Shown here: positions 36,401 to 46,183 of the stretch, piece by piece
How the letters are laid out: every line of letters begins with the position of its first letter
Position numbering within the stretch: position 1 is the stretch's first letter
DNA from: Treponemataceae bacterium
GTDB taxonomy: Bacteria > Spirochaetota > Spirochaetia > Treponematales > Rectinemataceae
Assembly: GCA_963678065.2 (NCBI GenBank)
Contig: CAXXVZ010000003.1
Span: 1,280,001-1,344,000 of the forward strand
Reading direction: 5' to 3'
Length of the DNA: 64,000 nt
Position numbers and translations under genes: made by a program
Notes under the pieces: model-generated
Seen by the model: the letters and a program-made list of their open reading frames with translations, nothing else
What the model was told of the DNA's origin: nothing
The model's database searches: none

Positions 36401-39041
36401 GCGACGCCAACGCGAGCGCCTCAAGACCATAGTATCGGTCTCCAAGTGACTTCACGATAGCACGCAGTAACGACTCTGGCGGCCTCGACGTGCGGGGCAT
36501 CCGTACGGCAGGGTTTGTAAGCGCTCCGGCCTCGATCGCAGCGTCCACATCGAGTTCGTCCTGGAAGCTCTCCCCCGCCTTGAGCTCGGGGCGGAGTCTG
36601 ACCCCCAGCTCTTTCGCTGCGATGAGCACGCCGAGATACAGGTCATCGAGAGACAGCGGCTGAGCGACCGAAGCAACGGCGGACAGTCGTTTATAGCCGG
36701 CGACGATGAGCGGTCGGATGGCGTCTTGAGTTGAGTATGCCTGGAGGTTTGGCGCGAGGCGCGCCGCCGTCTGACGCGAGTCCGAGAAGATGAGGACCTT
36801 ACGCCCGCGCAGCGGCGCGAGCCTGGTCGCGGGCGAGGGGCTCGGCGGCTGTACTTGTATCTGTTTCGCGATCAGAGCCTGGAACGGCTGGTCGCCCTTC
36901 GTCTGGTGATCCTGGACCGACGTGCGCCCGAATGCTGCGCGCTCTCCGCATACGGCACAGGGACAGAATTCTCCCGGGTTCGCACCCAGCGGTGCATCAT
37001 CGGTGATAGGCTTTGACCGTTCCGCCCGGATGTAGACTTTTCGGGTGTGCACCCCAAGCTTTTGAGGGTTCAAGCGGCCGGTGATCAGATCATACTCAGC
37101 GGGTTCGGTGTATTCCTTGAAGATGGGTTCTTCGAGGAGGAGGTCGAGCGGTGAGAACTCATCAATGAAACTGGCACGTGTACGAAATGAGCTGCCGGGC
37201 TCCGCCCAGAGGAAGTCCGGTTCTTCGATGTTGTCCGTATACGCACGAGCGTAAGCTGTACCACAGCTTCGACACGTGAACAGCTCCAGCACGCGCGCAC
37301 CGCACTCACACCTGTCACGCGGCTGGCTATAGAGCTTGCCTGCGGGGCCCCCGCGTAGGGAGGCAGGAAGTCTCGTACAGTTGGGGTCCATGCAAACCCA
37401 TAGGCCTGGGAGGCCTCGGTAAAATGAGTGGACCCGGCACGGTAGCAATCCTGGCTCCGTTGGTTCCCTACGCGCCACGCTGCCGAGCGCGACGAGATTC
37501 GTGACGGCTCGCGCGGCAATGTCGGGCGCGACGCTCGTGTCGAATAATTTAGTGCTCAATTCCTCAACAGGTTGCGCCTCCTGCATCGTCGAGTTGACGA
37601 GGATCGACATCGGGCCGAATGACTCGAGCGCTCTGTGGAGCGAGGGCTGTAGAGCTAATGGCTCCACGACCTTTCGGTATTTGAGGAAGCTCTCGACGAC
37701 CTTGAGGCGTTCTTCATCTGTGGCCGCATCGTAGAAGTTAGTAAGATCAAACGTATCGAGCGCAGCGGCGTCAGCGGCAGTACCTTGTACGGCACCTGGG
37801 CGCTTCAGTAACTCGCCTTGAACCTTCTGAAAGTCGGCCAGCTCCTTGCCCGTGAGCTGCGCACCGAACTCTATGGCATAGTCCGGATCTTGGAAGCTGG
37901 CGCTTGTGCAGATGACCTGCAGACGCTCGGGGAGGATACCGAGCCGCATTCGTAAACGCCGGATGAGCAAGGCTACCTCTGCCCCCTGTGCACCGCGATA
38001 GAGATGCGCTTCATCGATAACAAGGAGGAAGCGTTCGTCCTGATTCTTCGCCAACCACTCGCGAGTGCGATCAAAGATGGGCCGCTCGAGTGGACGCATC
38101 AGCATATATTCGAGCATCGAGTAGTTCGTGACGAGCACATCGGGCGGCGCTGCCTGGACTTCGTGCCGGGTAAGAAGCTCTGGATCTCCTGGGAGTGTAA
38201 TGCAACGTTTGAAGTTGCCATCTCTGTCAGTCCATTGCTCTCGCGCTCTGCCATACCAAGCCGCGAGGTCAGGTTTTGCCGGCCATTTTCCTCTCTGTTT
38301 CAACTCCTTTACAAGATGTGAGGCTGCTTCTTGCTCGGGCGATGGTTCCCCTGAGGCGGCCTCGAGGTTTTTGACATAGAACTTCCCGATCGGCTTCAAG
38401 CGGTTTTGATCCTTGTCCTTATCCCGTACGCCCGGATACAGTGTTCGGCTAGTGTAGCGTGCAAAGCGCGGGGGGCGCCCCGACCAATCGATGAAGCGCT
38501 GGACGATGCGTGGATCACCAAAGAGTAGGCGAAGGCGACCAAGCTGATCATTAACGAGCGCATTCATCGGATAGAGAACCAGAGCTCGGACGGCGCTCGT
38601 CTCACCGAAGTCTCTGCCCTTCGCCTTGGCTTCTGTGGCGAGTTTTCCGAGGATAGGGAGAAGAAAACACTCGGTTTTCCCCGAGCCGGTGCCCGTCATG
38701 ACAACGAGGCTGCGCCCCTCGACAAGCGAGAGTCGAATCGAGAGCGCTTGATGCTGATACGGCGGATCGTGGATCAGGAGTCCGAGGTCTCCCTTCGGCG
38801 CGGAGACCTCCGTAAAGACCTCGAGTACAGCAGGGTCGAGGCCGAGGTCGGCAAACTTCTCCCCGGTCTGGTAGCGCGGCGTACTTTCGAGGTAGGGGCG
38901 CTGATGAATGACGCCCACTTGATCGAGGAGTGCTCGACGCTGGTCGACGAGCGTCGGATGGCTCACATGGTAGGCGGCTTCGATGTAGTCGCGCAAAGCG
39001 CGATGGAGCTGCTGAGTCGTCTCGCCAATGGTCAGCGTCAT
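33480..39041 (-). CDS. Large SF2 DEAH helicase with C-terminal DUF1998/Zn domain (DruE-like)
   Basis: TGTGSGKTE, YPMNALVNDQ, TNYSMLEY, DEAH, TSAS, TTTMEVGIDIG, QQRSGRAGRR, YDTLPGGAG and C...C..SCY.CL motifs; GGAGG RBS before ATG 39041. Confidence 0.88.
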   Translation of the reverse strand: MTLTIGETTQQLHRALRDYIEAAYHVSHPTLVDQRRALLDQVGVIHQRPYLESTPRYQTGEKFADLGLDPAVLEVFTEVSAPKGDLGLLIHDPPYQHQALSIRLSLVEGRSLVVMTGTGSGKTECFLLPILGKLATEAKAKGRDFGETSAVRALVLYPMNALVNDQLGRLRLLFGDPRIVQRFIDWSGRPPRFARYTSRTLYPGVRDKDKDQNRLKPIGKFYVKNLEAASGEPSPEQEAASHLVKELKQRGKWPAKPDLAAWYGRAREQWTDRDGNFKRCITLPGDPELLTRHEVQAAPPDVLVTNYSMLEYMLMRPLERPIFDRTREWLAKNQDERFLLVIDEAHLYRGAQGAEVALLIRRLRMRLGILPERLQVICTSASFQDPDYAIEFGAQLTGKELADFQKVQGELLKRPGAVQGTAADAAALDTFDLTNFYDAATDEERLKVVESFLKYRKVVEPLALQPSLHRALESFGPMSILVNSTMQEAQPVEELSTKLFDTSVAPDIAARAVTNLVALGSVARREPTEPGLLPCRVHSFYRGLPGLWVCMDPNCTRLPASLRGGPAGKLYSQPRDRCECGARVLELFTCRSCGTAYARAYTDNIEEPDFLWAEPGSSFRTRASFIDEFSPLDLLLEEPIFKEYTEPAEYDLITGRLNPQKLGVHTRKVYIRAERSKPITDDAPLGANPGEFCPCAVCGERAAFGRTSVQDHQTKGDQPFQALIAKQIQVQPPSPSPATRLAPLRGRKVLIFSDSRQTAARLAPNLQAYSTQDAIRPLIVAGYKRLSAVASVAQPLSLDDLYLGVLIAAKELGVRLRPELKAGESFQDELDVDAAIEAGALTNPAVRMPRTSRPPESLLRAIVKSLGDRYYGLEALALASLSERADQSAWIEALPDIPNFATTPEQKLATVRAWISCWGRAGLWLGQMPPAWRNSERQFQARSGKFDEMERLIAEKSAWTFFINKWLPKLLQRFCEKVDQNKFYLKGSELSLLIGGTWAYCRSCKTVQRPFPGRTTCVNCGQPTAALIDPDTDKVFVARKGYYRASTVDALKSPPTPPMVLIAAEHTAQLNTAQTDEVFSKAEEHELLFQDVDLGDDGTSHDRPAIDVLSCTTTMEVGIDIGSLSGVSLRNMPPARANYQQRSGRAGRRGNAVATVTAFGSADSHDEHYFSNPNEMIRGDIIDPRLTLDNSEIIRRHVTAYLLQRYHQDRLPMIKPEDQPQLFAVLGTVDDFKGPTKILNRIDFEHWLRTNGVTLRAEVDAWLPQQLASVERRRLLDELVLQTLNPIDAAIDFEVPTSVVPTPAASPTAPKSEESVDTALEAPDEGDEEKPKRNSASDNLLDRLLYKGVLPRYAFPTDVATFHVFDPVNSTKYQPVFRFSPSQGLPIALSQYAPGKEVWINNKLWTSGAIYSPVRADLYRSWQGRRLYYECSVCHYALTTTIEDGARGETKDCEACGGKGTFGPATLWLRPPGFAHPVSKEEVTSPDDAPAKSYATRAKLTASLQAAQWMKLNERINVYHTREHLLVTNRGPNNKGYTYCTKCGLIEPTASPKGVVGSTHKKPYPDLKEPECPGGGTTTGLVLGTDFITDILLIRIRIDAPLILVPGVLATDVALRTICEALTKAACTRLELEANELQAEYRPALTPLGPVGREAEIYIYDTLPGGAGFAKRVGEIGLPVLEDALRLLEECPDNCDRSCYRCLRSYKNKFEHDLLDRHLGASLLRFVLYNDPPKLGSDRVSRSTDLLYEDLDRQGIEGLSLERDKKITIAGLGDVVVPILATNSRGTQFAIGLSGPLTPDEPTDAALKSIKKYETSLTVYLEDELVVRLNLPFATQKLIEKLCRAGVPHHGYF

Positions 39042-39085
39042 ATACTTCCTCCGGAGCAATATTCACGTAGTCGGCAAGTTCATTA

Positions 39086-39832
39086 TCATCGCCGTGCATC
39101 ACTGCGCCGCATGAACTCGTCGTTCAGTGCCTGCCAGTACGGTTCGTACAATTTGAGTAGCTCGGTCGGGCGCATAACTGCCAACCCCAAGGCATCGAGT
39201 TCTACACGGTACTTCCAAAATGTCGCACGGTCTGTCGTCAACACGACCGGGACGTTAGCTATCAAGGCCTCAGTGGCGACCATCCTGTCGCCCTCATCTG
39301 GAAGGAATGACAACGGGCCTTTTGTTGCATGGATCTCATCCACAGAAGTCACGCCCAACCCACGGAGCAAAGCCGGCGATACGCGAATGCGTCGATAGTC
39401 AAACAATAGTCCCTTCGCGATACCGGGATAGGCTTCGCCGGACCAGTCATCCTGGTGACCACGGAAGAAGTCGAGCACCGATAAAAGCCTCACGCCTTTG
39501 ACCCCATCGGCTAGACTCGCTTCCCTTTGAGCAGCCCGGGAAACAAGCCACGGGTAGCCAGAGCGGTTCTCGAATTCTTTGTATAGAATGCCGAGGTCTA
39601 TGAGGTCATTAGCCAATTCAGCGCCGTACCTCTCCGTGAGGTTGGCGATTGCTGCGTCATCCCACGAAATGGAACCATATGACTCAATTTGGCGGTCGAC
39701 CCAGTCGATATTTTGGAGAACGCATGTGTCAAGCAATTGAGGCTCAGGCGGGCAGAGTTCCAACTCGATGATATCGATACGGCGCGCGGCATCGCCCTCT
39801 TGGGCCAACCACGCTTTGGGTAGTCTCGTCAT
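39086..39832 (-). CDS. PIN-like domain protein (putative nuclease)
   Basis: Acidic pattern LLDTCVL ... DEGDRMVA ... VVLTTD; translationally coupled within the operon. Confidence 0.6.
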   Translation of the reverse strand: MTRLPKAWLAQEGDAARRIDIIELELCPPEPQLLDTCVLQNIDWVDRQIESYGSISWDDAAIANLTERYGAELANDLIDLGILYKEFENRSGYPWLVSRAAQREASLADGVKGVRLLSVLDFFRGHQDDWSGEAYPGIAKGLLFDYRRIRVSPALLRGLGVTSVDEIHATKGPLSFLPDEGDRMVATEALIANVPVVLTTDRATFWKYRVELDALGLAVMRPTELLKLYEPYWQALNDEFMRRSDARR

Positions 39833-40929
39833 CTATCAGCACCTCGCCGCCCTAACTCTGTCGTCATCTCTTCAAGCCAGAGCACTTCACGCATGAACTG
39901 GCGTTCTTCATCGATTTCGGTCTTGGGGATGCGGTATGCGAAAAGGCAGCCTGTTCGCGGAACTGGCTCGCCGATCGCGTCCCAGCGTCGCCGTGCCCAG
40001 GCGGGCACAGGCGAGAAAAGCTCGAGGAGCACAGCATCACCGACACTGGGGCTGACACGGAAGCGCTGGGGTGAACTTCGCTGGGCGTCTATCGCCATTT
40101 GAAGGTACCAGGCCTCGTCGCAGCCGCGCCACAGGCTCCCCCGCTGCGGTAGGTCGATCATCCGTTCTGACTGACCATTGGCCACTTGGACGTAACACCA
40201 GAGGTCGGCGCCGTATACTTGTTGGCGTCGTGCGACAAAGCGACCCGTCTGAGACATCGGTTCAGCCCAGCGCCCTCGGTAGTAGCGGACCGGCTTCGTT
40301 GGATCAAGGAGCAACAACCCAGGGATATCCCTCGACGGCACAACACGATCAAGAATGCGATCACTCGCCGCGACTAACTGCGCTGCGCTACCGGGCTTTG
40401 GACTTTTGAGCCACGCCTCGTGCGTGAGTTCAAACAAGCCGAGTTGTTGCAGCTCGCTGCGTAAGTCTTCTCCTGTCAAAGGGATTATCCTACGGACGTG
40501 CCCGAGGTACTGGATACGCTGCTCCAACTCCGATGGCAGCGGAGAGAGTTGATCCGCCGTAACCCCAAGGAGGACCACGATCCCGCTCTGCCGTACCAAA
40601 AAGCTCACTGGGGCGGCGTAGAGCAGCACACGCGCAGACTGAACGTCTCCCTGTATCTCTGGCTGCTCGAGCACGTCGCCGTGTGCGATCATCGCCTCCA
40701 GCGTATCCTCGACCAGCTCCTTCGTCTTGTCGAGGTCGGGCACCAGTCCTCGAAGTGGCCGCACAACGGCCCGAACAAGTGTCGCCGCCGAACACGGGCA
40801 CAGGTAGCTAGCGGCTCGCCGCAGTGCCCCTGCGAGCCCCTCCGGCGTCTCTAGGTCGAGCGCAGTCGGGTCTAGTCCCAACTCGCGAATTTTCTGCTCG
40901 TGGACCTCATTGGCGGTCAGGCGCTTCAT
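39829..40929 (-). CDS. Hypothetical defence-locus protein (366 aa)
   Basis: ATGA overlaps with both neighbours; no motif recognised. Confidence 0.7.
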   Translation of the reverse strand: MKRLTANEVHEQKIRELGLDPTALDLETPEGLAGALRRAASYLCPCSAATLVRAVVRPLRGLVPDLDKTKELVEDTLEAMIAHGDVLEQPEIQGDVQSARVLLYAAPVSFLVRQSGIVVLLGVTADQLSPLPSELEQRIQYLGHVRRIIPLTGEDLRSELQQLGLFELTHEAWLKSPKPGSAAQLVAASDRILDRVVPSRDIPGLLLLDPTKPVRYYRGRWAEPMSQTGRFVARRQQVYGADLWCYVQVANGQSERMIDLPQRGSLWRGCDEAWYLQMAIDAQRSSPQRFRVSPSVGDAVLLELFSPVPAWARRRWDAIGEPVPRTGCLFAYRIPKTEIDEERQFMREVLWLEEMTTELGRRGADR

Positions 40930-43862
40930 TGCCAGCTCCATCCGGCGTACACTTCTCCCATCGCTGCTGGCTTCTTCTGCTGATCCACCGCAAGCACAAG
41001 GAAGCGCGCGGCGCGCGCCAGTGTGGGCACGCCGAGGAGCTTCTTGATGCCCGCGTCGACGTGCTGCCCGGCCCAAGCGTCGAGCGTCACAGGATCACTC
41101 GCCATGCGGAGCGCAAACTCCGCGAGCCAGATCGAGTGTTCAGGGCCGGTGACCTGAGTGCGGCGTAGCAAGGTTACCCCAGGCAATCGTGATTTCCCAA
41201 TAATCTCTAATTGGTCTTTACTTGACTGTACGAGCCGAAAGTCTTCGGCCATCGAGGCGAGCATTGCAGCCCGCTTCGAGGACGGATCATCAGCGAGTGG
41301 CCTGTACTCAAGTTGAAGCTTTTCACCGAACCCAAGCTCATACCCCTTGTCGGAGATGCACCGCTTCAACTCTACGAGTCCACATTCGTCCTTGAGTTTG
41401 GACTCCGCAATCGCCCATGCACGCCCTCCGATGAGCGACAAGATGTTAGCGGTGAATGCACGAATCACAATTCTGCGGCGTTGACGAGCGATAGGATCTC
41501 CTGGAAGTCGCGCCGTTCCCCAGAGCCGTGCGGCCGATATCAACTTTGCAACGGACTCCGACGTACGCTCTGCTGTGTCGATCTGCGGCTCACACTGCAG
41601 GTCCGTCATATCCTTTACGATCGGCGGGACGATGATCGCCGCTTTGAGGTCACCAAGTGTTGCGACGTAGAGGCCGCCAGCAGATGTCGTATACTCCGCG
41701 TTCTGCGGCTGCCTCTCTCCGATGGTTGGCCGCTCGAAAGTGTAGCGCTCAATGATAGGGACGCCGCTGCCGGCATCGTCGTGCAGGCGAACGATAAAGC
41801 TAGAGGAGTGCTTCCGTAGAGACCACCGTAGTGGTGTGAACGCACGCTCACAGCGGAACGTAAAGACACCGAGTTCTTCAGCGTAGAATTCGAGTTCGCA
41901 GACGTGAGCATCGTCAAAGGCGTGTTGTGCGTTCTTGTCCTCCTTGATGTGTGCTTCGAAGTATTGCGTCCACTCCTCATTAGTGAGGGGTAGCTTCACA
42001 GAGGATAGCCGTCGCTCGAACGACGGAACTTCTCTCTCGCGTGTGAACATTTTAACGCGGCACTGGACCTGACGCCCTGCGGGCCCACGAATCACTACAG
42101 TGACCTTCCCCTCCCAGAGCTGCTCAAGTGATGGCGTAGCTGGATCAAACTCGATGTCGATGGGGCCATTCGTGGTCACCCCCTGCGACCACGGTCGCGT
42201 CTCTCTCACACGCATGACGACGTCGAGATCGCCGATCACTTCGGCCCTAGCGCCGCTCCCGCTACGCGCCGCGACGCTGAACTTGTGGAGCCCAACCTGG
42301 AGCCGCGGCAACTCGATGAAGATCGGTTCACCGGGTGACGTATCAGTCAGCGTCAACGAGAGCGCCGGGTCGTCTCTTATCGCGATGGTCAGCTCGTCGA
42401 TCGTGTAATCCGAGCGAATCGCGAGGATCGGTGTCTCAGATGCCAGCCACTCGCCGTGGCCCTCGCCGTCCCACGCGACCGCCGCCAGACCAGCGGGCCA
42501 TACCTCGATCGATTTCGCCTGAGTGACTTGGAACTGCTGTAGCGCCTGCTCCCACTCGAGCGTGAGCGCGGGCGGTACGTCGAGGAGCAAGGAATACGCG
42601 CCTTGGCACATGAGCTCGACAGGGCGTACGAGGATCGAGTGGGCGAACGGATTGGTGCTCATAAGGAGGTACTTCGAGCCCGCTCGGACGCGCATGCTCC
42701 GAGATTCGTATGCGAGACCGTCGCTCGCGATCTTGAAGAGCCATGACGAGCCCGGGCGGAGCATGCACTCCGTGCGTAGCAAGAACTCGAGCTGTGGCTC
42801 CATCCGCTCGAACTTGAGCAACACCTCGCCAAGATGAGGCCAAGTGTTGAGCAAAACCCGCCGTGAGCCGTGCAAGAAACACTCCCGTGCCAGCGGACGT
42901 CCGGCCGTGCCCGCAATAGTGCATCGCGACTCTGTTAAGACATCACGGGCCTGTGGAAATCGGCCGAGTAGATGCGAGAGGTCTGGGATTTCCAGCAAGA
43001 CCTCCCATCGCGAACCTCCGATCGGCCGGAGAACGAAGCGCGGTTCTATGCCGAGCCGCTCGATCTCTGCGTGCGCCTCGTCGCGGTGCTGGAATGTCAT
43101 CGCCGTCGGTCTATCGATGGCCAACCCTCGAATCTTCGCTCGCTCCTCGGCCGTATGGCGAGCGCCAAGTAGCCATTCGCGGCCACGACGCTCGAGAGCT
43201 AGGTCGTCACCTATGCGCTGGAGCGTCATCGGGTGGAGCAGCGGCCTGAAGCCTTCCTTCCCCTGGAGGAGGAGCGCGGCGGCGATCTGGCCTACGAGTG
43301 CCGGAGCCTGTACGAAGTTCCGGAAGCGTGCGGAGGTTCGCCAACTCCGGGCTGCGATGAGGTCCCCTAGGCGTTGCGGTTCTTCGAAAAGTTCGGCCGA
43401 GAACCAGTACCGAGAATCGTAGAGAACTTGGGCGAGGTGCCGCTGCAGATCGCGTGGGAGGATCGCGTGCGTGATAGGCCAGGCGATGATCGAGAACTGC
43501 TCTGCCCACGGCCCTGTTGGCTTGGCCCCCGCAAACTTCTTCTGGAAAGCGATGAAGGCGTCCCGAAGCCAGTCACGCCAGATGATCGTCCAGCCAGGCG
43601 TCTGCTTCTCGAAGGTCTGCCAATACTCATCACCCGCGTAGTCATACCCAATCTCGGTGGCGTAGACGATCCACGCGAGCATGTGATCATGCAGAGGTCG
43701 TAACTGGCGAATGTGCGCACGGACCCCCTCCGACAACTCCTGGACCTCGGTGGGCGTGAGGCCATGCTCAAGCGCGAAGACAGGGATGTCCTTTCGGATC
43801 CTCGCGAGTTCGCTGAAGTGCGATTCTAGCTTCTGGTTCCACGCCCTCAAGTCCATCGGCAT
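40926..43862 (-). CDS. Large hypothetical defence-locus protein (978 aa)
   Basis: Long ORF co-oriented with the helicase; no motif recognised. Confidence 0.75.
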   Translation of the reverse strand: MPMDLRAWNQKLESHFSELARIRKDIPVFALEHGLTPTEVQELSEGVRAHIRQLRPLHDHMLAWIVYATEIGYDYAGDEYWQTFEKQTPGWTIIWRDWLRDAFIAFQKKFAGAKPTGPWAEQFSIIAWPITHAILPRDLQRHLAQVLYDSRYWFSAELFEEPQRLGDLIAARSWRTSARFRNFVQAPALVGQIAAALLLQGKEGFRPLLHPMTLQRIGDDLALERRGREWLLGARHTAEERAKIRGLAIDRPTAMTFQHRDEAHAEIERLGIEPRFVLRPIGGSRWEVLLEIPDLSHLLGRFPQARDVLTESRCTIAGTAGRPLARECFLHGSRRVLLNTWPHLGEVLLKFERMEPQLEFLLRTECMLRPGSSWLFKIASDGLAYESRSMRVRAGSKYLLMSTNPFAHSILVRPVELMCQGAYSLLLDVPPALTLEWEQALQQFQVTQAKSIEVWPAGLAAVAWDGEGHGEWLASETPILAIRSDYTIDELTIAIRDDPALSLTLTDTSPGEPIFIELPRLQVGLHKFSVAARSGSGARAEVIGDLDVVMRVRETRPWSQGVTTNGPIDIEFDPATPSLEQLWEGKVTVVIRGPAGRQVQCRVKMFTREREVPSFERRLSSVKLPLTNEEWTQYFEAHIKEDKNAQHAFDDAHVCELEFYAEELGVFTFRCERAFTPLRWSLRKHSSSFIVRLHDDAGSGVPIIERYTFERPTIGERQPQNAEYTTSAGGLYVATLGDLKAAIIVPPIVKDMTDLQCEPQIDTAERTSESVAKLISAARLWGTARLPGDPIARQRRRIVIRAFTANILSLIGGRAWAIAESKLKDECGLVELKRCISDKGYELGFGEKLQLEYRPLADDPSSKRAAMLASMAEDFRLVQSSKDQLEIIGKSRLPGVTLLRRTQVTGPEHSIWLAEFALRMASDPVTLDAWAGQHVDAGIKKLLGVPTLARAARFLVLAVDQQKKPAAMGEVYAGWSWQ

Positions 43863-44143
43863 CGATTCACTTCCCGAGTTTCGTGATATGTACTACTCGT
43901 CGCTCGAGATCGAATGGGACATACGACTACGCTATCCTCGAGAGATAGCCGTATAGATGTCCAAAAGCTCATTCATCATATCAGCCCTAACAGATCTGGA
44001 CAGCTCAATGCTAATATACAGTGGCATTATACCCCAAGCTGTCACGACGGCGGAAGTGCCAATCGAGGTACCATTGCACCATCGCCCATGTCGCTGTGAC
44101 TTGGGGTGCGCGAGGCCGCAGCCGCGAGTGCTCCTAGGGGGCC

Positions 44144-46183
44144 TCACATTTGTTCGTCAGACAGGGGCTGTTGAGTCGGCGTGTATGGACGCGGAACGCG
44201 TGCTCCATGGGTAATGGGTCGAACGCATGTGTGGCGCGAGACCTCTGCGAGCACCTCGTCTTTAGTAATCCGTTGCCTTAGCCATCGCTCTTGCCACCAT
44301 GCGACAATCGCCTCCGTAGCAGCAGGTCCATTTTTGACTGGGATGATGTAGTCTGGTCGCTTGGCGAGGCCGATGAGGTAATCGTCGAGGTTTCTGATCA
44401 AACTCACTGCGTAAATCACGCGTGGCCGGTAGTGCCGCAGGAGAATCTTGGAGGGCAAATTCAGCAGATCGAGCGCTTGCCTCACCTTGCGGAGCTTCGG
44501 GCTCACGCCCTCCCCAAAGATGCTGTTCACTCGATGCGCGTCAGACTGCTGCACGAGATCGACGAGGGCATCGACGGTCTCCTCCGAGTACTGTGAGGTA
44601 CCGAAGGCCTCGGAGTGCCCCAACTCCTTGTAACGGATGACCTCTCCGACGGCGCCACTGAGGGGTTCAGCGGGAATATTTATGCGGTTGTATTGACTCG
44701 ACCCGACGCCATAGAGTGATGTGGTCCCGAGAAGCACTAGCTTCGCCGCTCGAATGATAGGCCTCCCTGCGATGGAGGAGGCGATCTCGCTCTCAGCCCG
44801 TGCGTAGCGGCGATAATAGTGATGTACCACTTCGGGGCTCGTTGCTAACATCGCGGTGAGTTTCCCACCTAGAAGTGCATTATAGGGCTGCACCGCACCA
44901 CATACGGTGATGTCCGCGACTACGATGCCGATCCGATCGGCTTTCGCCTTCTTTAGTACACTTCGGATCATGTCTCTCCCGTAGCCGGTCGCAGCCAATT
45001 CGGCAAGCTTCTCTGCCGTCGGCTTGCCGTCAAACGCTTTATTGAGGACCGCACGCGCGTGCAGATATGTCTCGAGAGAGAATGCGCGCTTACTGCGGAA
45101 CAGGTGGGTTCGGGCCTGCGCGACCCAGTACTCGCCTCCTGTAGGTTCGGCACGCTTGCGTTTAAAGTCCCGCGAACGCTCGTAACGATAGTGCATTCTT
45201 CGCTGTTCCGCCCCCTCAAACCTGAGTCGTTCGAGCGCCTCAGATGATGGAGTTGTGAGGTCTCGGGTCGAGATGATCTTGTCCTCTAGTAGGTCATCGA
45301 CATATACTTCAGCAATCGCAGTGTCGAGTGTATCGAGAAGCCATTTAGCGAGTTCCCGCGTCGGTTCGCGCTGCACACGCTCTATGAAGGTGTCGGGATG
45401 CCACCCGATCCACGAATCCCGTTCACGGAGCTGCATGATTGGACTACCCAGCGCCCCGATCCCCATCACCGGGTGGTTGGCGGCGGCGCGGTCGCGGACG
45501 AGGAACATCATCATCCGGCCCGGCACACTCGTGTACTGATTCGTCCATGTGTGACGGAAATATCGCCATATATTCATTAAGCGTAGGCCGGTGAATCTGC
45601 AGACGGCATCCTCCGACGTGACGAACTGAAGGTATGGGTCGATCACCTTGGCAAGCGCATCTTCACACCCGTTGTTGAGGTTTATGCGCGCCTCCCGCAA
45701 GCCGTCAGCGAGTTCGCGCCCATCCCGCATGAGCGAGTAGATTGAGACGTACCGTCCTTCGAAGAGTCGCTGCCGCTCCATCGAATCCAAGAAACGCTGC
45801 ACCGACGGTTGACTGAGCTGTGCATTCCGCTTGACCAGTTCTTGCCGGCGGACTCGCGCCTTCTCGGCAGTTCGGTCGGCCACGGGTTCTGGCGGCCTTA
45901 TCTCGACACGCTCCCCACGAACTCGGATGATCCACTGTTGTGCCGCAAGGTCGTTCACGACAAGCCCAACGGCCAGCAGTGCCTGTCGATCAGCACGTCT
46001 TGAGGTCTTTACCTCCGCGATGAACTCTGCACGGAGCTTCTCAATGGCCTCATCGGCGTGCTCGTCTAGGCGCACCGTTTCAAGCGCGCGTGCGTGCTTC
46101 ACGAAGGCGTCTCGCGAAGTCTTGCTCAGGAGCGGTGGCTTCAACGTGGTCCACAGAGTATCGATCGAAGTATTATTTGTCAT
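44144..46183 (-). CDS. DUF4338 / Druantia DruA-like protein
   Basis: PGR...FLVRD, GIGALGSP, QPYNALLGGKL and TTSLYG..SSQYNR motifs typical of DruA. Confidence 0.75.
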   Translation of the reverse strand: MTNNTSIDTLWTTLKPPLLSKTSRDAFVKHARALETVRLDEHADEAIEKLRAEFIAEVKTSRRADRQALLAVGLVVNDLAAQQWIIRVRGERVEIRPPEPVADRTAEKARVRRQELVKRNAQLSQPSVQRFLDSMERQRLFEGRYVSIYSLMRDGRELADGLREARINLNNGCEDALAKVIDPYLQFVTSEDAVCRFTGLRLMNIWRYFRHTWTNQYTSVPGRMMMFLVRDRAAANHPVMGIGALGSPIMQLRERDSWIGWHPDTFIERVQREPTRELAKWLLDTLDTAIAEVYVDDLLEDKIISTRDLTTPSSEALERLRFEGAEQRRMHYRYERSRDFKRKRAEPTGGEYWVAQARTHLFRSKRAFSLETYLHARAVLNKAFDGKPTAEKLAELAATGYGRDMIRSVLKKAKADRIGIVVADITVCGAVQPYNALLGGKLTAMLATSPEVVHHYYRRYARAESEIASSIAGRPIIRAAKLVLLGTTSLYGVGSSQYNRINIPAEPLSGAVGEVIRYKELGHSEAFGTSQYSEETVDALVDLVQQSDAHRVNSIFGEGVSPKLRKVRQALDLLNLPSKILLRHYRPRVIYAVSLIRNLDDYLIGLAKRPDYIIPVKNGPAATEAIVAWWQERWLRQRITKDEVLAEVSRHTCVRPITHGARVPRPYTPTQQPLSDEQM

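Noticed and set aside
33480..39041. DISARM (DrmA/DrmB)
   Set aside because: No methyltransferase, PLD (DrmC) or SNF2 (DrmD) gene; DUF1998 is fused to the helicase and a DruA-like gene is present.
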